From the NCBI GenBank assembly GCA_038228695.1, contig JBBRPA010000007.1, positions 8,263 to 72,262 on the forward strand: a DNA stretch of 64,000 nt. The letters are read 5' to 3'. The position numbers and the translations under genes were made by a program. Positions 1-9,987 of the stretch are shown here, one piece after another. This DNA is from Chthoniobacterales bacterium (GTDB lineage Bacteria > Verrucomicrobiota > Verrucomicrobiia > Chthoniobacterales > DASVRZ01). The notes under the pieces are model-generated. The model worked only from the letters and a program-made list of their open reading frames with translations, did no database searches and was not told the DNA's origin. The first letter of the stretch is position 1, and each line of letters begins with the position of its first letter.

Positions 1-273
1 TTCATCATTGAAAACGTCATTGCTGAAGCTGCCGGAGAAGGCACCGAGGTAAGTGCCGGACCAGAAGAGGAGGACGCAGAAGAGCGAAATGAGCCAGCCG
101 GGAAGCGCTTTGTTGAGGCCACCGTAGCCGGGCTCGCCTTTTTCGCGACCGACCGCGCTGTGCAGCCGCATGACATCGGCGGATTCATCGTAGTCCATTT
201 TACCTTCCATTTCGGCCTTGGGATATTTCTGCGGGATGAGGAAGTCAGGTAATTTGCTGGTCGGCTCGTTCAT
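1..273 (-). CDS. CcoP-like membrane-anchored protein, N-terminal part only (gene runs off the left edge)
   Basis: I translated the minus strand from the ATG at 273..271: MNEPTSKLPDFLIPQKYPKAEMEGKMDYDESADVMRLHSAVGREKGEPGYGGLNKALPGWLISLFCVLLFWSGTYLGAFSG... The frame stays open to position 1. The LPxW motif followed by a TM helix resembles the FixP/CcoP N-terminal domain. The gene starts 19 nt downstream of the ccoO-like gene on the same strand. No haem motif lies in the visible part. Confidence 0.45.
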   Translation of the reverse strand, partial: MNEPTSKLPDFLIPQKYPKAEMEGKMDYDESADVMRLHSAVGREKGEPGYGGLNKALPGWLISLFCVLLFWSGTYLGAFSGSFSNDVFNDE

Positions 274-291
274 GGCTGGTCGGCGGCGAAA

Positions 292-978
292 TTATTTAGC
301 GGGAGCCGGGGCCGCCGCAGGAGCAGCGCCTTTCATTTCCGGCACATCGTGATTTTTGTTGAGCGAAAGGAGGTAGCCAACGAGCGCTTCGGCCTCGGGG
401 CTGGGGACGATTTCATAGCCCGCAGCGGCCGTGTAGGGCTCGGGCAGGTCGAGGGCTTTGACGGAGCGTTCGCCTTTGATTTTCTTCGTGTCGAAAAGAT
501 ACGAGAACGACGGCATGTTCGACTTGGGATGAATGATGCGCGGGTTGAAGAGATGGACGTAATGCCAGGTGGCGTTTTTGCCCCGGGCAGCGACGGAAGT
601 GAGGTCGGCGTCACCGGTTAGAGCGAGGTCGCGCGCGCCAACGCTGCTGAGGTCGGGTCCGGCCCGGAGGGAGCCGAGGAAAACGGCGTCTTCGTAAATA
701 TAATCGCGAGCGACGGATTGGCGGGTGCCCCATTTCCGCTCGATATCGGCACCCATGTAGGAAGCGCGAACGTCTTGGGTGTGGCAGGAAACGCAGCCGT
801 TGGCGGCGTAAACGGCGCGGCCCTGTTGAGCGAGGCCGGAGATGTTATACGGATAAGACTCGTTGGTGTCGGGATCGACGACGGGGCCCAAGCGAGCGAG
901 GCTGGCATAAGGGATGCCGACCTGAACGATCCAGCCGAGGAAAAAGGCACCGAGGATGCCCGGGAAAAAGTTTTTCAT
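292..978 (-). CDS. ccoO: cbb3-type cytochrome c oxidase subunit II (CcoO/FixO)-like monohaem cytochrome c
   Basis: 228 aa with an N-terminal TM helix. It has a single CxxCH (GCVSCH) and a Met-ligand context (SNMPSF). Family motifs are present: GRAVY..GC..CHTQ.VR, RAGPDLS.VG and WHYVHLFNPR. It lies 3 nt downstream of the ccoN-like gene. Confidence 0.85.
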   Translation of the reverse strand: MKNFFPGILGAFFLGWIVQVGIPYASLARLGPVVDPDTNESYPYNISGLAQQGRAVYAANGCVSCHTQDVRASYMGADIERKWGTRQSVARDYIYEDAVFLGSLRAGPDLSSVGARDLALTGDADLTSVAARGKNATWHYVHLFNPRIIHPKSNMPSFSYLFDTKKIKGERSVKALDLPEPYTAAAGYEIVPSPEAEALVGYLLSLNKNHDVPEMKGAAPAAAPAPAK

Positions 979-980
979 GG

Positions 981-2471
981 TTAGTGCGCCTCCTCTCCGT
1001 GGGGCGAAGCGATGTAGGTGGGTTCCTCACTGATCTGGCCGAGGCGAAGGATCATGAGCAAATAGTGCAGGGCAAAGACGAGATGCCCAAAGAGCAGCAT
1101 GAGGCCGCCGATGATCGCGCCGCGCAGGAGGGGCAGGGTGGATTGAGCGACGGTGGCATTGTCGATCTGGGCGTGGGACCAGTCCTTACCTTGGAAGAGG
1201 CCGGCGATGGTCAGGACCAGAATGGTCAGGCCGATGCCATAAGCGACGCCCCAGAAGTGGAATTTGATTAGCGTGGAGGAGACCCATTCGCGACCGACAA
1301 TGCGAGGCAAGATGAAGTAAATCGCGCCGAACATGATGAACGAGTAGAAGGCGTAAAGAACGAAGTGCGACTGGGCTTGCGTGACATAAGTCAAACCCGT
1401 CTGCGCGGCAACGGAGCGCAGGGAGAGAATGATCGCAGTTACGGAAGAACCGGTGAACGCCATCGCACCGACCACGGTGAAGCGGAGGGTCGGGCTGAAG
1501 TGCATCATTTCATGCGAGCCAACGATGGTGAGGTGATGATTGACCGCGATGGTGGCGACCGGGATGATCATCAGGGCAGTGGCGACGATGTTCAGGGTAA
1601 CGAGCCAGACCGGGATGGGTCCGCCGTTATAGCGTTGGAGGCCGCCCCAACCGGCGAGGAAAGCGAACGACCAGAAGCCGAGATAGGCGAGGTAATAGCT
1701 GTGGATGGGTTTGCCGGTGACCTTCGGAATGATGTAGAAGGCAACGCCGAGGGCGAGAGCGGTAAACCAATAGTGGGTGAGGCCGTTGATGAACCAGGCG
1801 TTATTGATCGCGATGATCACGCCATGGACCCAAGGGAGAGAGGTAAAAATGTTACCTGCGAGAAGGGTCCAAGCCATCCAGACGAAAGCGGCGACGATGT
1901 AGGCTTGAGAGATGAAACCGGTGCCTTCGAGGCGTTTGAAATAGAGGCCAATGACCCAGACGCCGATGATGGCGAACCCACCCATCATGGTGAGCTGCGA
2001 CCAGAGTGGGAGTTCGAGGTATTCTAGGGAACGCCCGGCGCCGAGATGGAGGGCGACGATGCCGCCGAAGAGGCCACCGTTCCAGATGAGGGTGCCGATG
2101 ATGACGGAAAACGGGGAAACGAGCGGGACGCGGCAGAGGCGAACCATCAGCCAAAGGGCGACGCCGAGGCCGACGTTGGTAGCCCAGCCGTAGGTGAACA
2201 TGGCGGTGGCGATCGGCTTGAGGCGGCCGAAGGTCAGGAAACTGAAGCCAGAAAGGAAGTCCGGATGGAGCAGTTTGACGCTGAGGGCGAGGTTGATAAA
2301 ACTCCACGCGACGAGCCAGAGAATGCCCATGCCGAAGAGGAGAGAGGTCGGTCCGGAGGCGGATTGATCGAGCTCGACGCGGGCTCGCATGTCCGCAGCA
2401 CTGACCTTCGGATAGGAGGGGAGTGTTTTCGGAGCGGTTTCGGGACCGTCAATGGCGATACTGGTACTCAT
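981..2471 (-). CDS. ccoN: cbb3-type haem-copper oxidase subunit I (CcoN)-like polytopic membrane protein with an atypical ligand set
   Basis: 496 aa and about 12 TM helices. Anchor motifs match CcoN: FGRLKP, SLEYLELP, FYIIPKVTGKPIHSY, IYFILPRIVGRE and KFHFWG. It is adjacent to ccoO. Most canonical His ligand positions are substituted (see findings). Confidence 0.75.
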   Translation of the reverse strand: MSTSIAIDGPETAPKTLPSYPKVSAADMRARVELDQSASGPTSLLFGMGILWLVAWSFINLALSVKLLHPDFLSGFSFLTFGRLKPIATAMFTYGWATNVGLGVALWLMVRLCRVPLVSPFSVIIGTLIWNGGLFGGIVALHLGAGRSLEYLELPLWSQLTMMGGFAIIGVWVIGLYFKRLEGTGFISQAYIVAAFVWMAWTLLAGNIFTSLPWVHGVIIAINNAWFINGLTHYWFTALALGVAFYIIPKVTGKPIHSYYLAYLGFWSFAFLAGWGGLQRYNGGPIPVWLVTLNIVATALMIIPVATIAVNHHLTIVGSHEMMHFSPTLRFTVVGAMAFTGSSVTAIILSLRSVAAQTGLTYVTQAQSHFVLYAFYSFIMFGAIYFILPRIVGREWVSSTLIKFHFWGVAYGIGLTILVLTIAGLFQGKDWSHAQIDNATVAQSTLPLLRGAIIGGLMLLFGHLVFALHYLLMILRLGQISEEPTYIASPHGEEAH

Positions 2472-2848
2472 GGTTTGGCGGCGGAAGGTGAGGCGGCGGG
2501 CGCTGGAGCCGGAGCGGCAGGAGCTGGGGTGGCCACGGGATAGGCGGCGTGTGGTTTGATCGCGGAAAGATCGGTCACCGTCAGGTTGACGGCTTCGGAG
2601 ACGGGCAGTTGATAGACGCCTTTGGCCTGGTCGAGAACGGCGTATTCGGAGGTCTTCTTGGTGTCCTCTTCGTGGAGTTTTTTGAGGTTCGCGTAGCGTT
2701 TGGCGACGCGGTCGGTGTCGTAGGTATTGGTGCCCCGGGTGAGGAAAAGGATCAGCGCAAGCAGGGCGCCGGCGGATAAGAAAACGAGCAAGACCCGGAA
2801 GGCGGTAATCACGCCGGGTTTTTGATCAGATAATTCGGAAGAGACCAT
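2468..2848 (-). CDS. hypothetical single-pass membrane protein with Pro/Ala-rich C-terminus (ACIII/oxidase operon member)
   Basis: 126 aa with one TM helix (AFRVLLVFLSAGALLALILFL). Its stop overlaps the ccoN start as ATGA (2468-2471), which suggests translational coupling. It starts 15 nt downstream of actF. Confidence 0.55.
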   Translation of the reverse strand: MVSSELSDQKPGVITAFRVLLVFLSAGALLALILFLTRGTNTYDTDRVAKRYANLKKLHEEDTKKTSEYAVLDQAKGVYQLPVSEAVNLTVTDLSAIKPHAAYPVATPAPAAPAPAPAASPSAAKP

Positions 2849-2862
2849 GGTGATACGAAAGG

Positions 2863-4098
2863 TTAGTTGGTCAGTTTGAGAGATTCGAGGAGGCGCGGAT
2901 CGCGGGAGGGGAAGAGACCGCGTTTGCCGACTTCATAGAGGAAGGCAACGACGAGAAAACAACCGATCGCGATGGGGCAGATGAGATCGAGAATGTGCGG
3001 TTCGAATCCGGCCACGTGGATGTTTGGCAGAACGACGATGTAGAGATCGAGGAAGTGCATGCACAGAATCCAGATGGCGATGCCGCTGAGGAGGTTCGGA
3101 ATTTTTTTCACGAACCGGAACAGAAGCATGAGGAAGGGGATGAAGAAATGTCCGATAACGAGGAAGATGTTCAGCGTGTTCCAGCTTTCGGTGTTCCGAA
3201 TGAGGAAATATTCGGTTTCCTCAGGGATGTTTGCGTACCAGATGAGCATGTATTGGGAGAAGCCGATGTAGGCCCAGAAGATGGAGAAAACGAGGAGGAA
3301 TTTCCCCATGATGTGGTAGTGCTCCATGGTAACGACTTTTTGCAGATAACCCAGTTTGCGGAGACCGGTGATGACGAGAATAAGAACGGCCATCGAGCTG
3401 AGAGCGGAGCCGGCGAAAATATAAACGCCCCACATCGTGGAGTACCATTTGTAATTGAGGGCCATGATCCAATCGATGCCGGCGAAGGTGATTGAGAGGG
3501 CAAAGAACGGGAGGGCGCGGTAGGATTTGGTCCGCATCTTCAAGCTGTGCTGGATGTCGCCCGAGGCATCCTGCGCGGTGGAATGGCTGCGGAACGTGCG
3601 GGCAAAAAAGGTGAAGAAGGCGAAGTAAAAAACGGTGCGAATCCAGAAAAGCGGAAATTTGATTCCGGCAATGACCGGGTAAAAATACCAAGTCTTAGAA
3701 GCAAAAACGGCGTCTTTGGCGGGATCGACACTGATCCATTCCCAAATCGTGGTGCGAAAGAAAATAAGCGGTAGGAAAAAGACCGCGAGATACGGCATGA
3801 GAGAGGCGAGATTTTCCATCTGACGGCGAACGGTAACGGACCAAGCGGCATCGGTGGCGTGATGCAGGATGACCCAGAAAAGGGAGCCGGCGAGGATGGT
3901 GAAGAAGAAGAGGAAGGCAAAGAGCCAAGAGAAGGCGAACTGCTTGGCGAGCAACTCGTCATGGCCAGCCCGGAAGCCGTAGATCGCGGCAATGAGCAAG
4001 GCAGCGAGACCGGTCAGAGTGACGGAAAAGCCGAGGCGGCTGGTGGTTTTGGAGTCGAATTGCTCCGGTTTCGGTAGGGTAATAGAATGATCGCTCAC
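2863..4098 (-). CDS. actF: Alternative Complex III subunit ActF (NrfD-like membrane subunit 2)
   Basis: 411-aa polytopic membrane protein. It is the last gene of an actABCDEF-ordered cluster and overlaps actE as ATGA. Its size and position match ActF. Confidence 0.75.
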   Translation of the reverse strand: MSDHSITLPKPEQFDSKTTSRLGFSVTLTGLAALLIAAIYGFRAGHDELLAKQFAFSWLFAFLFFFTILAGSLFWVILHHATDAAWSVTVRRQMENLASLMPYLAVFFLPLIFFRTTIWEWISVDPAKDAVFASKTWYFYPVIAGIKFPLFWIRTVFYFAFFTFFARTFRSHSTAQDASGDIQHSLKMRTKSYRALPFFALSITFAGIDWIMALNYKWYSTMWGVYIFAGSALSSMAVLILVITGLRKLGYLQKVVTMEHYHIMGKFLLVFSIFWAYIGFSQYMLIWYANIPEETEYFLIRNTESWNTLNIFLVIGHFFIPFLMLLFRFVKKIPNLLSGIAIWILCMHFLDLYIVVLPNIHVAGFEPHILDLICPIAIGCFLVVAFLYEVGKRGLFPSRDPRLLESLKLTN

Positions 4099-4754
4099 TT
4101 GGCCTCCAATTTGGCTAAGACGTCAGCAGGGACATCGGATTTGGTCGCGTTCTGAGCGCGTTGCAGGGCGCGGATGTAGGCCACGATGGCCCAACGATCT
4201 TCGCGGGTGATTTTATCGCCATAGGGATACATGGTGTTTTTCCCGTGGGTGATGGTGTTGTAAATTTCGCCGTCGGCCATGACGCGGATCCGCTCCTGAT
4301 GGTAACTGGGCACGCCAACGATGCCGTATTGGGTGGTGATGCCGTTGCCCGCGCCGGATGCGCCGTGGCAGGGAACGCAGTTGATGGCATAGCGTTGCTG
4401 ACCGCGCACGAGTAGTTTTTGATCGACCGGAAGCGGCATCCCAGTGCCCCAGCTTTCGCCCATTTTACCGGTGTCGATGTAGTCATCGCCTTGGGTGTAG
4501 CCTTTGTAAAAATGATCGGCCTGACCGTTTGCGGTGGCTTCATTGTAGCCGAACGGAATGGTGCCTGCGACGGGCGTTCGCTCGACCCGACCGTCAGCGA
4601 AAAATTCACTGGTCTTCTGCGGCTTATATTTCGCCTGACGATCCATGTCGGGGAAAATTTCCGTGGGCGGCTTGCGGGATTTCGAGCCGCGGAATCCGGC
4701 CGCGGCGAGCACGCCGACTCCCACGAGCAAACAAATGAGAAAAAAGTAACGCAT
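4095..4754 (-). CDS. actE: Alternative Complex III subunit ActE (monohaem cytochrome c)
   Basis: 219 aa with a signal/anchor peptide and a single CxxCH (CVPCH). The C-terminal class-I cytochrome c context includes DRWAIVAYIRALQ. Its position between actD and actF fits ActE. Confidence 0.8.
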   Translation of the reverse strand: MRYFFLICLLVGVGVLAAAGFRGSKSRKPPTEIFPDMDRQAKYKPQKTSEFFADGRVERTPVAGTIPFGYNEATANGQADHFYKGYTQGDDYIDTGKMGESWGTGMPLPVDQKLLVRGQQRYAINCVPCHGASGAGNGITTQYGIVGVPSYHQERIRVMADGEIYNTITHGKNTMYPYGDKITREDRWAIVAYIRALQRAQNATKSDVPADVLAKLEAK

Positions 4755-4760
4755 GATCGT

Positions 4761-5315
4761 TTATTCGTGAATCAGGGTAATGTCTTTCGCGCCCAAATCG
4801 GAGAGCAATTCGGAGGTGCCTTTTTCGGTGAATTTTGGGTCAGCCGCCTCGATGACCATGATGAAACCATCGTCGCTGAAACGCCCAAAGCCGTCCCAGT
4901 TGAAAACAGGATGATTCCAGCGCGGCATACCATTGAGGAGAAACATTCCGATCACCGTGGTGAAAGCGGAGAAAAGAATGGTTAGCTCAAACATGATCGG
5001 GAAAAACGCCGGCACAGAGAAAAGCCCGAACGGTTTGCCATGGACGATGAGTGGATACAGAAAGGTGGACGGAATGAACTCCAGACACATGGCGGTGATG
5101 AAACCGGTCACACCACCAACGAAAACGATTTTGCCGAGAATGGAATGACCGAGGCCCATGGCGGCGTCCATGCCGTGGACCGGATAGGGCGTGTGGACAT
5201 CCCAGCGGCGAAAGCCTTTGTCGCGGACTTTTTTCGCGGCCTCGTAAATCTCGGCCGCGCTCGAAAAGCGGGCGCCGAGTCCGAAAAGTTTTTTGCGTTC
5301 AGCGATGGCAGCCAT
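4761..5315 (-). CDS. actD: Alternative Complex III subunit ActD (DUF3341-type membrane protein)
   Basis: 184 aa with two central TM helices. It sits between actC and actE. The N-terminal FSSAAEIYEAAKKVRDKGF segment is typical of ActD as I remember the family. Confidence 0.7.
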   Translation of the reverse strand: MAAIAERKKLFGLGARFSSAAEIYEAAKKVRDKGFRRWDVHTPYPVHGMDAAMGLGHSILGKIVFVGGVTGFITAMCLEFIPSTFLYPLIVHGKPFGLFSVPAFFPIMFELTILFSAFTTVIGMFLLNGMPRWNHPVFNWDGFGRFSDDGFIMVIEAADPKFTEKGTSELLSDLGAKDITLIHE

Positions 5316-5317
5316 AA

Positions 5318-6811
5318 TTAAGCGTGCGCCTCCTCGGTGGTGGAGGTGTGAGCCCCGTGGTCGTCATGTTTCGGATGGTAATGCGGATCGGCTTCGGGCA
5401 GCACGCCTTTGACCTCGGAGATCGCAATCATCGGCAGGAAGCGGATGAAGAGGAGGAAAAGGGTCATGAACAAACCGAAGGTGCCAGCGAAGGTCCAGAT
5501 GTCCACCCACGTCGGATGGAACATGCCCCACGAGGACGGAATGAAATCGCGATGGATGGAAGTAACGATAATGACAAATCGTTCGAACCACATCCCGGCG
5601 TTGACGCACATGCAGACCGCGAAAACCACGTAGATATTGTAACGCAATTTGGGGAACCAGAAAATCTGGGGCGAGATCACGTTGAGCGACATCATTGCCC
5701 AGTAAGCCCACCAATATGGGGCAACGGGGACATTGTAGAGCTTGCTGAAAATGTATGGGTCGGCCATGCGGTTGCGCAGGAATAACCACGTCTCGTAAGG
5801 ATTGCCGGAGTAAGCCGCGGTGAAAAACTCCATGCAGTAGGCGTAGCCGACGATGGTGCCGGTGAGCAGGATGATTTTGCACATCACATCGACGTGCTTC
5901 GGAGTGATCAGATCATGCAACCCGTAAATCGCACGGGCCGGGAGCATGAGCGTCAGCACCATAGCAAAACCGCCGAAAATAGCTCCCGCGACGAAATACG
6001 GTGGGAAGATCGTGGTATGCCAGCCAGGAATGACCGAGGTGGCGAAGTCGAAGGACACGACCGAGTGAACGGAGAGCACGAGCGGGGTCGAGATGCCCGC
6101 GAGAATGAGGTAGGCAAGTTCGTAATGGCGCCATTGGCGATTGCCGCCGCGCCAGCCAAGGGCGAGGAAACCGTAGGCGAACCGGGCCACTTTACTGGTG
6201 GCGCGATCGCGTAAGGTCGCGAGATCAGGAATGAGTCCGATAAACCAGAACATGACCGAAACCGTGAAATAGGTGGAAACCGCAAAAACGTCCCAAAGGA
6301 GGGGCGAACGGAAGTTCGGCCAGATCGCGTTAGCGTTCGGAATCGGAGCAAGGAACCAGACCATCCAAATACGGCCCACGTGAATGCCGGGGAAAATACC
6401 GGCGCAAACCACCGCGAAAAGGGTCATCGCCTCAGCGGCGCGGTTGATCGAGGTGCGCCATTTCTGACGGGTCAGAAAGAGAACCGCGGAAATGAGCGTG
6501 CCGGCGTGACCGATACCGATCCAGAAGACGAAATTGGTAATGTCCCAAGCCCAGCCGACGGGGTGGTTCAAGCCCCAAGTGCCGACACCGGTGGAAATCA
6601 TATAACCGATGCAGGCGAAACAAATCAGGGCGAGCGTTCCGGAAATGGCGAGGGCGATCAGCCACCAGACGGGGGTCGGCCCCTCGACAATTCCGCAGAT
6701 GCGTTGGGTGACCCAAGACATCGAGCGGTTGTTGAGAACGAGAGGAATGCGGGGGAGCGGTTCCTCGGGTGTGGGGTTGGGCCCCATTACAAGCATATCG
6801 GATGTTGCCAT
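5318..6811 (-). CDS. actC: Alternative Complex III subunit ActC (NrfD/PsrC-like quinol-interacting membrane subunit)
   Basis: 497-aa polytopic protein with about 10 TM helices. Its start overlaps the actB stop (TAATG at 6809-6813). Its position and size match ActC. Confidence 0.8.
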   Translation of the reverse strand: MATSDMLVMGPNPTPEEPLPRIPLVLNNRSMSWVTQRICGIVEGPTPVWWLIALAISGTLALICFACIGYMISTGVGTWGLNHPVGWAWDITNFVFWIGIGHAGTLISAVLFLTRQKWRTSINRAAEAMTLFAVVCAGIFPGIHVGRIWMVWFLAPIPNANAIWPNFRSPLLWDVFAVSTYFTVSVMFWFIGLIPDLATLRDRATSKVARFAYGFLALGWRGGNRQWRHYELAYLILAGISTPLVLSVHSVVSFDFATSVIPGWHTTIFPPYFVAGAIFGGFAMVLTLMLPARAIYGLHDLITPKHVDVMCKIILLTGTIVGYAYCMEFFTAAYSGNPYETWLFLRNRMADPYIFSKLYNVPVAPYWWAYWAMMSLNVISPQIFWFPKLRYNIYVVFAVCMCVNAGMWFERFVIIVTSIHRDFIPSSWGMFHPTWVDIWTFAGTFGLFMTLFLLFIRFLPMIAISEVKGVLPEADPHYHPKHDDHGAHTSTTEEAHA

Positions 6812-9800
6812 TAGTGGTGTGCTCCTGCGGGTTCGGAAGTTTTCGCTTTTGCGTTCGGATCGCGGGCCGGACCCGTGCTTCCGGGTGCGCCTTCCCCGTG
6901 GAGCGATTCGTATTCGTCGGGATAAATGTCGGCCACTTTGTCGGCTCCGGGCATTTTCGGATTCGGGTTGCGAATGCGAGCCAGATAACTGGTGCGGGTG
7001 CGGATGTTGAGATACTCGAGCAACCGATAGCGGCGGGGATTGTCCTGCAGTTTTGCGAGAGCGCTGTCCGGGTCGTTTAAGTCGCCGAAGGTGATCGCCT
7101 CAGCCGGGCAGGCCTGTTGGCAAGCGGACTTGATCGTATCAGTCGGGATCTTGAGTTTGTCCGAACCGCCCGCTTTGACGCGTGACGTGATGCGATGCTC
7201 CTCGATGCGTTGGAGGCAATAGGTGCATTTCTCCATCACGCCGCGAATGCGGACGGTGACGTTCGGATTCTTCTGCATCTTGGTCAACTCCTCGGTGCCT
7301 TTCGGAGCGAGAGGTCCGTAATAGAGTCCGCTTGCTTCGGGCAGCGGGCCGACCTTGATTTTTTCGATTGGGCGCTCGTTGTAGTTGAAGAAATTGAAAC
7401 GGCGCACTTTGAACGGGCAATTGTTCGCGCAATAACGCGTGCCGATGCAGCGGTTGTAGGCCATCACGTTGAGGCCGTCTTCGCTGTGAACCGTGGCGTT
7501 GACTGGGCAAACCGTCTCGCAAGGGGCGTTCTCACATTGCTGACAACCCACCGGTTGCATGACCATTTCCGGTTCGGTCTCATCGTGTTCGTCGCCTGAT
7601 GTAGCGAAATAACGATCGATTCGCAGCCAGTGCATTTCGCGGGAATTGTGGACCTGCTCCTTGCCGACAATCGGAATGTTATTCTCCGCTTGGCAGGCGA
7701 TGGTGCAGGCGCTGCAACCGGTGCACGTGTTTAGGTCGATGACCATGCCCCATTGCTCGGGCATGCCGAGTTTCGGAGATTTATAGAGGGAAATATTCGG
7801 CGGAATGTGCCCGTCGATGTGCATCGTCTTGGCAAATGCGGGCTCGGCTTCGAATTTCGCCTTGGTTCCCTCGCGCACGAGGGCGCGTCCCTCCATTTGA
7901 TGATGCTCTTGGGTGAAAGCGAGAAGATGTTGACCTTGGGATTTGACGATTTTCGCGCCGTTAGCGAAACCGGAATCGGTGGAAGTGAGCAGCGCAAAGG
8001 CGTTGAAACCAACCCCAGTGCCGACTTTTCCGGCGGTGCCCGTAGCGTGACCGTAGCCTCGGGCGAGCGTGATCGAATCATCGGCGTGGCCGGGCGAAAC
8101 GAGTACGGGCACTTCGAGGGCGCGGCCTCCGATCGTTAGCTTAACGAGGTCGTTGTCGTTCAGACCGTGGGCCTTAGCGAATTTTCGGGAAATCAGCGCC
8201 GCGTTATCCCAAGTGAGCTTCGAGACCGGGTCGGGCAACTCATGGAGCCAGCCGTTGTCGATGCTGTTGCCGTCAGGGATTTTGTAGTCGGGCGGGAAAA
8301 CAACCTCGATCACTTTCGGATCGGGCAGCGAAATCGGGGCGTCAAAACGGCGGAAGGCGAGATTCGCCGCAGCGGGTTTTCCCTCGGCGTAACCGGTGCG
8401 GAGGAAGTTCGACCAGGTCGTGCCTTGGCCCTGTTTTTCGAAGGTGGCTTTAACCAGCTCCGCGCCGACAGGGACGGGTGAACCAGCAAGAAGCGTGAGC
8501 ACGTCGTTGACCGAGAGACCGCCGAAAAGCGGGAGAATCATTGGCTGGACGGGCACGTAGGTGCCATCCGGGCTGAAGGCGTCGTCCCAACTCTCAAGGA
8601 AATGGGTGCCGGGCACGTGCCATTTGGCAGCTTGGGCGGTCGCGTCGGTCCGCAATCCGACGTGAACGACATCGGGAACAGATTTGAGCAGTTCGCCGAA
8701 TTTTAAGTCTGCTGGCGCAGTGTAAACCGGGTCGGATTCAAGAATGAAAAGCGTGGAGACCAACTTATCTTGGATCGCACGGGTCAAGTCGGTGAGGGTT
8801 CCGGCCGCGGACGCCGCGGTGGCCACTCCGCGAAGGGTGGTGCCGATATTGCCGAGGGCTTGGTTAATAGCGAAACCGAGTGCCTGCACTTCGACCGGCT
8901 GGCGCGGACCGACAATGACGAGGCTGCGTCCTTGGGCAGAGAGAAGGTCGGCGGCGCATTCCGCAATCCATTTCGGATCCACCCCGGGAATCTCCGGAGC
9001 CAGCGTCATGTTCATCCCGAGTTTGGCCGCGAGGGAAACGAGGAAAGCAACAGCTTGGCTGGCCTTCAGGCGCAAGCGGTGATCCGCCATGCCGCCCGTG
9101 ATCGTGTAGCGGTTTTCGACCGCATAGAGGCGGTTCATTTTTTCTTTCGGATCGCGTCGTTTGGAAAATTGCCGAGTCGGCTCCGTCCCAACCGCGTCGA
9201 TCCCAAGGAAATCGGAATCCACCGCGACGACGACGTCTGCTTTCTCAAAATCGTAACTCAGCGCCACGCCTTCGCCGAAGCTCTTCGCCACAGCCTGATC
9301 GAGGACACTGCCGGTCGGATCGTAAACGTGGAATTTTGCGGCGGGATAAATCGCGAGGACTTCTTTCTTAAGGCGCTCCCGAGTCGGCGAATGGCTGACA
9401 TCGGAAAGAAAGGCGAGACCTTCGCCCTTTTTCTCGGCGATTTTCGGGAGGAGATCCTTCAGGTAATTCTCGAAAGAAGCGCGGTCAGATTTTTTCCCGT
9501 TGGCGATAAAAAATTTCGAGCGGTCCGGGTTGTAAAGATCGAGAATGGTAGCCTGCGCTTGAAGATCGGTCGCGCCACTGCTCGCGGGATGAAGCGGGTT
9601 GCCCTCGATCTTGGTCGGACGACCGTCGTGGGTCGTGACCATTAGGGGCATGGCACCGCCGCGGCGGGGCATCGCACTGGCATAAAAGAGAGCTTTCCCG
9701 GGAACGCTCCACTCGACGCTCTTGGAAAGCGCGGCAAATTGGATCTCCGGACGGCGGCAACCACTAAATCCGAAGCCGGCCAGGGCGAGCGACGCTCCCA

Positions 9801-9975
9801 TGATCTGCATGAAACTGCGACGGCTCAGACCATCGATTTCCATCTCCGCGGCACCTTGCGGAAATTCCCGCTCGAGCCAGCCGCGAAATTCCGGTGTGTC
9901 AGCCAGTTCCCCGACGTTCCGCCAATACTTCCGGCCGGTCACGACCTCGGGTGGATGCTGTAAAATACGTTTCAT
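6811..9975 (-). CDS. actB: Alternative Complex III subunit ActB (molybdopterin-oxidoreductase-like domain fused to a 4Fe-4S ferredoxin domain)
   Basis: 1054 aa with a Tat-type signal ([19 protein letters not shown]). Fe-S cysteine clusters lie in the C-terminal third: [36 protein letters not shown] and CTYC. The size is typical of ActB. Confidence 0.9.
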   Translation of the reverse strand: MKRILQHPPEVVTGRKYWRNVGELADTPEFRGWLEREFPQGAAEMEIDGLSRRSFMQIMGASLALAGFGFSGCRRPEIQFAALSKSVEWSVPGKALFYASAMPRRGGAMPLMVTTHDGRPTKIEGNPLHPASSGATDLQAQATILDLYNPDRSKFFIANGKKSDRASFENYLKDLLPKIAEKKGEGLAFLSDVSHSPTRERLKKEVLAIYPAAKFHVYDPTGSVLDQAVAKSFGEGVALSYDFEKADVVVAVDSDFLGIDAVGTEPTRQFSKRRDPKEKMNRLYAVENRYTITGGMADHRLRLKASQAVAFLVSLAAKLGMNMTLAPEIPGVDPKWIAECAADLLSAQGRSLVIVGPRQPVEVQALGFAINQALGNIGTTLRGVATAASAAGTLTDLTRAIQDKLVSTLFILESDPVYTAPADLKFGELLKSVPDVVHVGLRTDATAQAAKWHVPGTHFLESWDDAFSPDGTYVPVQPMILPLFGGLSVNDVLTLLAGSPVPVGAELVKATFEKQGQGTTWSNFLRTGYAEGKPAAANLAFRRFDAPISLPDPKVIEVVFPPDYKIPDGNSIDNGWLHELPDPVSKLTWDNAALISRKFAKAHGLNDNDLVKLTIGGRALEVPVLVSPGHADDSITLARGYGHATGTAGKVGTGVGFNAFALLTSTDSGFANGAKIVKSQGQHLLAFTQEHHQMEGRALVREGTKAKFEAEPAFAKTMHIDGHIPPNISLYKSPKLGMPEQWGMVIDLNTCTGCSACTIACQAENNIPIVGKEQVHNSREMHWLRIDRYFATSGDEHDETEPEMVMQPVGCQQCENAPCETVCPVNATVHSEDGLNVMAYNRCIGTRYCANNCPFKVRRFNFFNYNERPIEKIKVGPLPEASGLYYGPLAPKGTEELTKMQKNPNVTVRIRGVMEKCTYCLQRIEEHRITSRVKAGGSDKLKIPTDTIKSACQQACPAEAITFGDLNDPDSALAKLQDNPRRYRLLEYLNIRTRTSYLARIRNPNPKMPGADKVADIYPDEYESLHGEGAPGSTGPARDPNAKAKTSEPAGAHH

Positions 9976-9987
9976 GGACCTAAAAAA

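Noticed and set aside
8770-9645. 291-aa plus-strand ORF inside actB
   Set aside because: It is antisense to a strongly supported gene. The same judgement applies to the other long shadow ORFs at 13032-13883, 20459-21385, 24449-25198, 33332-34327, 35410-36396 and 48533-49198.
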